DNA from: Macrostomum hystrix
Lineage: Eukaryota > Animalia > Platyhelminthes
Length of the DNA stretch: 64,000 nucleotides
Reading direction: 5' to 3'
Assembly (NCBI GenBank): GCA_950097015.1
Contig: CATNEN010000001.1
Span: 22,630,001-22,694,000 of the forward strand
Shown one piece after another: positions 1 to 9,893 of this stretch; position 1 is the first letter of the stretch; each line of letters begins with the position of its first letter. Both the position numbers and the translations under genes were made by a program. Under the pieces are notes generated by a model. The model did no database searches. It was given only the letters and a program-made list of their open reading frames with translations, and had not been told where the DNA came from.

Positions 1-744
1 CAAAAGTCCAGTAAAATATTTTCTGAGCTTCTGCACCGTCTGAAAGTGGTTCAAATGAGACAGGGGAGAGATGAGAAAGTGAATGATAACTGATGAATAT
101 AAAGCAAATAGTTTGTCTTCTTCAACACAAATAATGAACAGATTTGCAAAAACTAGTAAAACGGCTCTTTTAGTACTACAACAGAATAGTTAAAACTTAT
201 CATAACACAAGCTTTTAACTAATTAACAGTTAACAAAAACAATTTTAGTTTATGTGAACAAGGAACTCTGAAGATAGTTAGGAAGCAAAATATTCCTTCT
301 CTTCTGTTGTTTTTTTTACTGTTTAATACACCGATACTCACCGATAGTCGGCCAAGTCACCGTAGTCAAAATGTAAGAGTCTAGTATTTTTAACGCAAGA
401 ATTTTATTTTATTAGTTGATCAATTTATTTGTTATATCGATATCGATAGCATCCAATCACGCCAGGCAGTTTGACATGTCATCCAGTCGAAGGTTTATTT
501 CCCAATAACAGCGGGACATTGTGCCCTGTTTGATCCCTCCTAATACAGCTGCCAGCGCCCAGATATCAGTGACCTGAGAACAATTGTACAACGTCGGCTT
601 CAGACTCTAGCTCCAGTTTGTAGTCCTCTTGAAATCCGTCTCGGTTAAACTCAGCAAAGCGACAATCGATCCTGGCTAGGATTTGAGGTATCTTGCAATA
701 ATAATTGCCGGAGTGCTGCAGGTCACGGCAAATCAGTTGGTGAC

Positions 745-880
745 ACTAGACCAGGAGACTAGGAGCCGATTCTGCCCATTCCGCTGACTCCTGAGCACAC
801 GCTCTCACAGTTGTGTGCATATTTCCTGACTTTCTCATCATCAGGTACAGTACAGTACACCTTTGCATTGGAAATTCGCC
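745..880 (-). mobile_element. Headless fragment of a tRNA-derived SINE family
   Basis: cgctgactcctgagcacac...cctgacttt-ctcatc-tcagg is near-identical to the SINE body at 53755-53930. Confidence 0.6.
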
Positions 881-1339
881 CTCAAGGGCGTAAACTGCCT
901 CCCTTCATTTCGTGAGTTTCGTACAAGACTTGCAATATTGTCTTATCAGTAGACGTGCTTCTCTAGATATGCGCTTCGATTAAATCCTATAATAAATAAG
1001 TTTTTTAGGAATTTTTTTGTCGCCTTATGTATCTAGGGCCGTTTTAACTCATGTTGGAATTTTGTGAATTTAAAATTGTTAATTGGCGATTGTTAAAATG
1101 TTTGATTGGCTACTTTAAGCAGACGTTAAAGTACGAAACCATCTCAATTTGCGCAATGCGACCGGAAGCTCTGCGTTAAAAAATACATTGTTATCGTTTA
1201 GCATTTTTGCGCGAGCTAATTGTAATTGTAAGGCCAGGCATAAATTATGCCGGGTGAAAATTAAGCTTCTGTTTGTGCGCCCACCCCCAGCCCACTCCTT
1301 ATGTGCCTTCCGCCGCTCCACTCCTTACTTAGCGTAGTT

Positions 1340-2121
1340 GTTGTTAAAACGAATTCCCCAAAGGACTGGGGCGCGGATCAGTTTCGAAAAACTCTACCGC
1401 TGAATTTTAAGATATATTTAACCGAATTTATTAAAAATTTACAGCGATTCGATTTAGATTATTTTATACGGATATCAAACATAAAAATTAGTAAATTATT
1501 AGTAAATAAGTAAATAAATGGATAATAAATATTTTAATAAAAAAATTAAATAATATAAAAGCTTGCAGTTTGTGAGCAAAGAGCAAAAGTGACAATACAG
1601 CCATTAGTACTCATAGGCAATAAAATATATTAAGTCAGTAGGAAAAAAGCGTAAAAAATGGAGTATTTGAGCAGCTGAGCACTGCTCACCAGCCCTCTTA
1701 AGCTCAGGCAGCTATATTTGAGTTTCATTTTGGTTTTCTTTCAGGGCCATAGGTGTCAGAGACTGCTCAACCCTGGATTTGGAGTCGGTTCTGCCTGTTG
1801 ATTTGTCCCCGCCTCAGGGTAGCCCACAGGACATTGAGGATGGGGACACGGCCCGGAGCGCGAGGCAGCTCCGGCTCGATGTGGAAGCCGTGCAGCCGAG
1901 CTGCTCTCATCTTGAGCAGCCAGGCCACACCGAGCTGTTTGACTCTGGCCGAGAGCATTGGCATGCCGGCCAGTTTGTGAAGGTACTCGGTGCTCAGGTA
2001 GGAAGGCACACCGTAGCAGATTCGCAGAGCAAGGTTCTGGATCTTTTGTAGCTTGATCTGATTGGTGACGCAGATCAGAGTCAAGATTGGGGCGCCGTAG
2101 GTGAGAGCGCTCTCACCGTAG
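1340..2121 (-). mobile_element. 5'-truncated non-LTR retrotransposon (LINE; I/Jockey-like ORF2 C-terminus plus 3' UTR)
   Basis: Minus-strand peptide YGAPILTLICVTNQIKLQKIQNLALRICYGVPSYLSTEYLHKLAGMP (1767-2100) resembles the post-RT region of LINE ORF2. Short (AAC)n tail at ~1337-1345 and candidate TSD GTAGTT at 1334-1339 and 2122-2127. Confidence 0.7.
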
Positions 2122-2567
2122 GTAGTTAGCGTAGTTAGCGTACTTAGCGTAGTTAGTGAGTTTGCCAGGGTCAGAGAGTGCTGTCCTGTTTACCTGCCGG
2201 CATTTCTTAGTGTCCAGAATCCATTGTACCACGCCACCTAGCCTTCTAATCTCAGAAGTGCACCGCCATACGATCAGGCCACTCCTTAGCCACCGGCATC
2301 TCAGCCTCTATTATCCTCACTTCATAGTTGTTGCCCGTCGCAGTGCAAGAAGGTATTTAACCCTACGTGAAGACCCTGTTCTATTGTCACTCACGCTGAT
2401 AACGAGTGAGCCTGTCTATATACGAGTACATATATTCTCTACGTCGCCAATAGTAATACTCGTCCTTGCCTATTACTACCGTCATTGTCTAAGTGCTACC
2501 GCTACACAAATCTTCGCCGTGTTTTGTCGTTATTTATTTCGCCTGGGTCCACACCACTATCGTCACA
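2122..2567 (+). mobile_element. Probable LTR remnant (3' part), interrupted by the LINE
   Basis: Ends in CGTCACA and shares AAGTGCTACCGCTACA with the solo LTR at 60480-61151. The TTAGCGTAGTT motif continues from 1329-1339 across the LINE. Confidence 0.45.
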
Positions 2568-3435
2568 GTAGGAAGCCAATATATGATCCCACTGGGGATT
2601 CGTTTGCCATCAGCAATGCTCGAGAACTCCTTAGCTCCTTAGAACTACTAGATCAATTAAACTAGTTCGATTAATTCAGTCGTTTACATGAGTAGGTGAG
2701 CAATACAAAACCAGAGTATCGTTGGGCCTACAGTAATTGAGGAAAAATATTTACACTGAGAATAAATAGAAGAATATTGATTTTTGAGTCTGAAAGAACT
2801 GAGTATGAATGTATAAAATACTTAAGTACACTCCTAAAATAGATGCAAAGCTAGATTATATATAAAGATTAAGATTAGATTACGGATTGGTACTTCGGAA
2901 TTTGAAAAACTAATTACACTTCTTTTTTTCATAACATATCGCATCCTCCTAAACTCCTGCAAAAGTTCACAAGGAAAAGAATTCACTCCTGAATCCTGTT
3001 GATGAAATGGATATTGAGACATAAAATCGTGAACGGATCAAAACTGTTCACTAGGTGACTCCAAGACTGGGTTCAGTTCCACCTTAGCTTTGAATTAGAA
3101 CCAATAATTTGATACAGTAGGAAATCAACTCAGTGAGTTGAAGCTCAGCTTGTCGGTATTATTACTTTAATTTTCTGCTCTCAAAGGAGGACCGCATTTA
3201 GTAGCTCAACTGTACACTGTCGGCGTCAGTCCTCTAATTTCGTATGTTTTGTGTCCCTACAACTATAAGCTGCAGGGGCTGCGCAGAGCAGACAGCTGAG
3301 CAAAGGGCAATCAGCCCCCCCATTGCAGTTCAGTATCGATTCGCTCCCAAATGCAATCGAATAAATACGAATAAATAAAACTTGCCACTTCAGGATCAAA
3401 GGGATTAGTCACATTGTTAAAACCCTGTCAGCAGA

Positions 3436-3876
3436 ATGTCCACCGGCTACAGCAACCCAGTCGTGGTTGAGCAGCCCCAGCCAGGGGACTCAAGGCAACA
3501 CCAGAGGCAACTTTCCGAGCTGTCAAGCCGGACAGTTGTAATAAGGCGCGACTGGAACACTGGTCTATTCGATTGTGGCCTCGATATTTCCTCCTGCATC
3601 TGTGGCTCTATCTGTGGCCCCTGTTACCTGTGCTGCCACCTGTCCGAACGGATGGGGGAGCACTGCTGCACCCCTGTTTGCCTGGGGATCATTTGCCTAG
3701 CTGCCACCGTGGCCTATGCTACCAAACTGCGCACTCGGTACAGCATCCGTGGCTCCGTGATTCGAGACTGCTGCCGGGGCCTCTGGTGCGGACCTTGCGT
3801 GATCTGTCAGCTCAAGCGTGAGCTGGACTACCTGGAGCAACAGTTGGGCGGGTCAGCCTTTCCTGAACCTGAGTAG
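3436..3876 (+). CDS. PLAC8/cornifelin-family cysteine-rich protein (146 aa, single coding exon)
   Basis: WNTGLFDC...CGPCYLC...LRTRYSIRGSVIRDCC..LWCGPCVICQLKREL is the PLAC8 domain signature. Confidence 0.9.
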   Translation: MSTGYSNPVVVEQPQPGDSRQHQRQLSELSSRTVVIRRDWNTGLFDCGLDISSCICGSICGPCYLCCHLSERMGEHCCTPVCLGIICLAATVAYATKLRTRYSIRGSVIRDCCRGLWCGPCVICQLKRELDYLEQQLGGSAFPEPE

Positions 3877-4604
3877 ATTGATGCGAGTGTTTAGGCTGGA
3901 AATGCAACTCAATTCATTTTAGTCTTGTTGGACCAGCACCAAAGCACACGGCGGGCGTAGACTACTACAATGTGTACATAACGCTTAACAGGTGCCTGTC
4001 CATGCATATGCTGCTTAGGTGTGCTCAAAGGTGTGCTCAAAAGTGTGCTCATAGGCGCAGGGGAAAATGCAAAAAATATTTTCTTCTTTCTCGACTTTAA
4101 ATAGGTCTCACGAAAAGAACAGAAAATGGATTCGACTAATCTATTTATATTATTATGAAATACTAATATACTTGCATTATTATTACTATTTTTCGTCGAA
4201 ATATGACCTTGAGGTCCATTATCTTTGCGCACGTTTGCATTGGGTGTCGCTTCATCATCGCTTCAACTCTGCAGACACAACTTGATCTTGAGGAATCCTG
4301 AGTACACCGCTCCAATCCCGAATATTCGACAATTCTGAAGGACAAGACTCAACGATGACGATACGCTGCCATTTCATGACAATGTTTATTTACGAAATTC
4401 ACAATTCACGACAATTTATTCACGATAATACCCACTCTACACCCTCGTCTCGAACCCCATTAAGGCATTGTTGCAACAAACTCTATTTACAATGTCAAAA
4501 CAAGTTGGACGATGGCATGCCTGACTGAGGTTTCTATATTGTTGCCCAAAAAACAGATTTCGATGTTAAATGTTTCATTCAAGCCCGCATCAATCCGAGG
4601 GCTG

Positions 4605-5351
4605 TCAATCATCGGCACTGACCGCCGAGGCTGGAAACTCCAAGCCCGTCAGTGACCGGCCCATAGCATCGGCTGCCGCTGCCGAAGCCACCGCTGCAGC
4701 TGACAGCTCCTCCTTGCCTGCCGTCGGCATCAGACTGCGTAGCCGATGTTGCAGCACAGCGAGTCGCAGATCGAAGCCGCGACCGCCGCCGCCGCCGGCA
4801 GCGCCACCGCCCGCTCCACCGGGTCCAGTGCCAAGAGTTGAGGCCGCGCGGTCTTCAAGAGCGCTGCAGTGGCTGCAGAGCTGCCTGTCCAGCACCTCGC
4901 AGGCTGCCAGAGCCATGTGGTCGCTCGAGCGATTCGTCAGCGGTCGGAGGCAGGTGGCGCCCAGGGCTGGAGGGTCGCTGTGTCGCTGAAGGACCACCGG
5001 ACCGTAGCTTCCCACCGGGACAGTCAGGGGAATCGGCTGGGCATCGGTTGACGGTGAAGCCGAGCCGCTGGCGGGCCTCTGTTTCTGCTCCGATCGGCGA
5101 GTGAGGCGGTCGATGGTTCGCTCTCGCTCCAGTCGAAGCGAGTCGACGCGGGCGAGCTCAGCGGAGAGCATTAGGTTGGCAACGGTTGCCATGGGGCAGT
5201 TGCGCTCTTTTGCGAAGACTGCTCCACAGCTGCTCGGGTTATGTAGACTGACTGTACTCAGTGCAAGCTGGGGCAGTGTTGCCATGCTCAGGAGTTGTGC
5301 GCAGTCTAAAGTGTACATCGATAAGAGCTTCATGCAGTGCGGGCATCTGCC
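4605..5351 (-). CDS. Hypothetical protein, large GC-rich terminal exon; start uncertain
   Basis: Long GC-rich ORF with a coiled-coil-like segment (ELARVDSLRLERERTIDRL) and Gly/Ala runs. Preceded by acceptor ttttgtttctgcgcacacag and followed by AATAAA on the minus strand at ~4385-4420. No recognised domain. Confidence 0.5.
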   Translation of the reverse strand, partial: GRCPHCMKLLSMYTLDCAQLLSMATLPQLALSTVSLHNPSSCGAVFAKERNCPMATVANLMLSAELARVDSLRLERERTIDRLTRRSEQKQRPASGSASPSTDAQPIPLTVPVGSYGPVVLQRHSDPPALGATCLRPLTNRSSDHMALAACEVLDRQLCSHCSALEDRAASTLGTGPGGAGGGAAGGGGGRGFDLRLAVLQHRLRSLMPTAGKEELSAAAVASAAAADAMGRSLTGLEFPASAVSADD

Positions 5352-5977
5352 CTGTGTGCGCAGAAACAAAATGAAAGAACAGATCTGGAGACCCGAGAGA
5401 GAAAAAGCATTCAAGCCTTGCCGGCTGACTCAAACGAGAGCGCGGGAAGGAACACAATTGTGGTCTTGCTAAGGAACACTAATAAATTATTTATTTAATT
5501 GAACTGCTTTTCTATTCTCCGACGGACACAAACCAGTGAGGTGACATCAATTTTCGAGGAAATGAAAAACCAGACTTGTTAAAAATCACAAAACTGTGCT
5601 TGAAATGCGAACTCAATGCAGTTTGCAGTGCAGGCTCAGGACTAGGCACTGCTCATAGCGGAAATTAACTTTTCCCCAGCTCAAGCTCGGATGTCAGCAT
5701 TTCGAGTCCAGGGCGTGAATTTCTCTTCCCACGCGGTCATTTCCAATCGGAGTAGGGATCAGAATCGAACCAGCCAATAGTGCTTCTGCCTGGACCTACT
5801 GAGCAGAGGTGAGAAGAAGCGAGACGGAGAAGGGATAGGAAGGGGTCGATGAGGCTCGTCTGTCAGGATATTCTGTGACTGTCCCCGAATCCGAAGCCCG
5901 CCTTCAGCCTGGACTTGCAGCCGCAGTTTGTGATTAAAATAATTGTTTGATTTTATCTGGCAAAGTGAGAGTTGACG

Positions 5978-8900
5978 ATGACGCACTCGCTTTCAGGACA
6001 GGAGAAGCGCGTCATCACCGACGGCTGGGCTGCAATGTCCGCTGACCGGCGAGCACTGGGCATAGCGATCTTCATCAGGTAAGCCTCACAACAGATTCGA
6101 GCCTATTCTATCATCTACCATCTCCTTATGTTTACTTAATTCCATCCTACTTCCTACTATATGTAACCACTCTGAACTTATATTAAATGTAAGGATGCAT
6201 AATTATTGCCTGATATCTACTCACTCCCATCCCTACTTCTCTCTCCCATCCCTACTTCTCACTGGCATCCCTACCTCTATCTCCCATCCCTACTTCTCTC
6301 TCCCATCCCTACTTCTCACTGGCATCCCTACTTCTCTCTCCCATCCCTACTTCTCACTGGCATCCCTACTTCTCTCTCCCATCCCTACTTCTCTCTCCCA
6401 TCCCTACTTCTCACTAGCATCCCTACTTCTCTCTCCCATCCCTACTTCTCTCTCTCTCCGGTGCCTACTTCCCTCTCTCTCCGGTGCCTACTTCTCTCTC
6501 TCTCCGGTGCCTACTTCTCTCTCTCTCCGGTGCCTACTTCTCTCTCTCCGGTGCCTACTTCCCTCTCTCATCCTTACTTCCCTCTCACATCCCTACATTC
6601 CTCTCCCATCCCTACTTTCCTCTCCCATCCCTACTTTCCTCTCCCATCCCTACTTTCCTCTCCCGTCCCTACATTCCTCTCCCATCCCTACTTTCCTCTC
6701 CCATCCCTACTTTCCTCTCCCATCCCTACATTCCTCTCCCATCCCTACTTTCCTCTCCCATCCCTACATTCCTCTCCCATCCCTACTTCCCTCTCTCTCC
6801 GGTGCCTACTTCTCTCTCTCCGGTGCCTACTTCTCTCTCTCCGGTGCCTACTTCCCTCTCTCATCCTTACTTCCCTCTCCCATCCCTACATTCCTCTCCA
6901 ATCCCTACTTTCCTCTCCCATCCCTACTTCCCTCTCTCGTCCCTCCCATCCCTTACCGCAATCACACGAGTTTCTCTTTTCAATGCAGCAATGGAAAAGC
7001 CACATAACTGTAATTAATATAGGCGATGGGGATATTTGGACATTTCTAACGCAAAGATGACTGTCAGCTGCACTTCTGGCTCATGACCCTCTCTAAACTT
7101 TCAAGAAAGCTGCTTAAAATTTGCTCTTGTTCTGTCCTTAGTTTCTTGATCCTGCTATTGAATTCCTTTCCCTGCAGGGAGTACGTTTCGGCATTGCACT
7201 CCCCTTATTTGCGTTTTCCTTCCGCTCAGCAAAGTGAAGCTACTGTATCATTACAACTGTATCTTATATTTATTGAATAAAACTGATTTGTCATTCCTTA
7301 GATTAACAATTTGGGACTACGAATCTTTTTCGAAAGCCCAGCTGAGCTGAAAAAATCGTTTGGGGGTTGACAGGTAAGTAAGTAGGCCGGTAGGTAGTGA
7401 GGGAGGAGACAGAGCATGAAAAAGAAGCAGAAGAGATTAGGCAAGAAAGTAGAGTGGGAGAAATGGGAGAGGGAGAATGGGGAGAGGGATAAATGGGAGA
7501 GGGAGAAATGGGAGAGCCAGAAAGGGGAGAGGGATAAATGGGAGAGGGAGAAATGGGAGAGGGAGAAATGGGAGAGGGAGAATGGGGAGAGGGATAAATG
7601 GGAGAGGGAGAAATGGGAGAGCCAGAAAGGGGAGAGGGATAAATGGGAGAGGGAGAATGGGAGAGGGAGAAATGGGAGAGGGAGAATGGGGAGAGGGATA
7701 AATGGGAGAGGGAGAAATGGGAGAGCCAGAAAGGGGAGAGGGATAAATGGGAGAGGGAGAAATGGGAGAGGGAGAATGGGAGAGGGAGAATGGGGAGAGG
7801 GATAAATGGGAGAGGGAGAAATGGGAGAGCCAGAAAGGGGAGAGGGATAAATGGGAGCGGGAGAAAGAGGAGAGGGCAAAGGGGAGAGGGAGAAGGGAGT
7901 AATGAGGGTGAGGATCGTACTGAAGAGTTCCCACAGCCAGCCGATGCCGACCCCGCCACCAGGCTGTTTGAGATGTACCCGGAGGTGCAGTCGATGTTCG
8001 GCCAGTTCCGTGGCAAGCCGCTCTGTCAGTTGGCCAGCTCGCCGACTTTGAAGGCGCACGGCCTCAGGGTAGTGAACACGCTGGACGCGGTGATTGGCGA
8101 CCTGGACGACGGCGAGACTTCGGCGGAATCGCTGAGACTCATCGGCGAGTCGCATCGCAGGAGGGGCGTCGGATTGGCGCACTTCGAGGTACAAAAAAGG
8201 AAAAGGGAATTTAATGCAATTTTTTTAATGGGGAAGGATGGGGCACCATTAATTGGCGACTCGAGTCGATCCGAAGCCAGTGAGCAGGCCATGCTCAGGG
8301 ACCACTAGCAGTTGAAGGGTGGGAAACTACGTTTCTTGGAAAAAAAAGTTGGTGAGGCTGGTTTTTCGCCGAAAATTACACTGCGCAGACAATAAATTTT
8401 CTCTTTTTTTCACATTTCCCGCCCGAATGCTAACAGCATTGGGTGGTGGCTGGTTGGTTGACAGACTAGGCGAGGGTGTACTGGTTGAGCTGCGCCTAAT
8501 ATTTAGGCTTGATTTGTGAAATTGGAGAAATTCGCGTCAGGATGTTTATAGTGGCCTAGTTCCACCTGTTGTATCCCTTGAAGGTCCAGCAGTCCGTCTA
8601 TAAAGGTGAAGGTTGGTGACCACCGAAGACGGAGATGACGCAGGCACAAGGCCGCATTGAGGCGCAGTGCTAATTCGTGTATTATAGGGTGTATGGAATA
8701 CACTAGCGCTTATAGGAAAAATCTGACCTTCGGCCAGAACCATTGAATATCTCGACGGTCTGAAGAGCTGGCGACTTGATTCTTGTTTCAGAAGGTGCGC
8801 CTACAGTAGTCGCGGATTCGAACTAAGGGACCTTAGTGATAAAGTTGGACGCGCTACCACCGACAAGATAAGAAGCAGAAAGTACCTAGGCGTGGGGCAG

Positions 8901-9422
8901 TTATTAAAGAATAATTGAGACTGAAACGGATTAGTTCCGCAAGCAGCCAGACGTCCGTGCAGAATTTAATTAGCCAGCTGTCGTAGCGAGTCAAGGTGAA
9001 ATGGCTTGTTAGGCGCAGGAATATGTAGTTAAATACTGTCGGGTGAATTGGCCTTTAGTTCACTATCGCTCCCTCATGTTATCCGCCTCGACTGCATTTA
9101 GAGCGACCCCGAGGGAGAAATGTTAAAGCGCCCGGGATTTAAGCTGTTGGATTAGGGCAGCTAATTATAATTCTGGCAAGCCCGGACTTCATTGGATTTG
9201 AAATATCTATTTATAGCGCAACGCGCGCAGCGTCTACTGTGAGTAGAAACGATGAAAACCCCGACCCCGCAGGCGTTGAATAACGTGCTGATGTCGCTGC
9301 TGGAGGATCGCCTCGGACGCCGGCAGGGATTCGCCAACCAGAAGGAGGTCTGGGTGAAATTCCTCAGCGGCATTCTGCCACTGATTGGCGAGGGACTGCA
9401 GAGGGCGCTCTACCTCGCTTGA
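5978..9422 (+). CDS. Single-domain globin, 158 aa; exons 5978-6078, 7963-8188, 9273-9422
   Basis: MTHSLSGQEKRVITDGWAAM...GIAIFIR/LFEMYPEVQSMF (CD1 Phe)...LKAHGLRV (E7 His)...IGESHRRRG (F8 His)...HFE/ALNNVL...VWVKFL. GT-AG introns in phases 2 and 0 at the B12.2 and G7.0 positions. Confidence 0.93.
6224..6950. repeat. Pyrimidine-rich minisatellite (~19-21 bp, TCCCATCCCTACTTCTCTC) in globin intron 1
   Basis: Visible tandem copies. Confidence 0.95.
7455..7897. repeat. Purine-rich minisatellite (~15 bp, AAATGGGAGAGGGAG/GAT) in globin intron 1
   Basis: Visible tandem copies. Confidence 0.95.
8600..8880 (-). mobile_element. tRNA-derived SINE in globin intron 2
   Basis: Minus strand has an A-box-like GGTGGTAGCGCG and a B box GTTCGAATCC, then a body ending ...CCTTCACCTTTA. 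Confidence 0.55.
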
Positions 9423-9893
9423 GCACAGGTTTAGACTTAACTCGCTGTCATTGTGCATATTCAACTCCAAAGCGACTAGTCGGGAGTTCGAATCCCAGTT
9501 AATAGTAAATACTTTTTCCTTAAGCAATACTGAAATTCTCTATTGCTAGCTGGGTAGTTCGCTAGTTACAGCTAGCTGGTTACTGTCCATCCATCGCAAA
9601 TAGAAAAATTCAATGATACCCGATAACGCATGCTATAGCAAATAAAATGCATTAAAAACTGCTTATATGGAAGCAGGCGCAATCCTTTTTTATTTTCGGT
9701 GTCTTCGTATTGAAATGCATTTTTTATCCGATCTGTAGGCTTGTGAATTTGTGACCAGCCAACGGTGTTCATTCAAAGGATTGGCTAATAAAACACGAAT
9801 CCGATATGTAGCGAAAAGTGCAAGTCCTTAGGTGAAATCGAACCCTGAAAAAACGGTGCTAGAGCAGGGGCTGATGCGGCACTAGGAGGCTGA

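Noticed and set aside
822-846. Hammerhead ribozyme (minus strand CTGATGA..GAAA..GTC; also ~53830-53852)
   Set aside because: There is no room for helices II and III; the segment folds as a simple hairpin
6195-8016. Multiple Pro/Ser/Leu- or Gly/Arg-rich ORFs
   Set aside because: Translations of the minisatellites in globin intron 1
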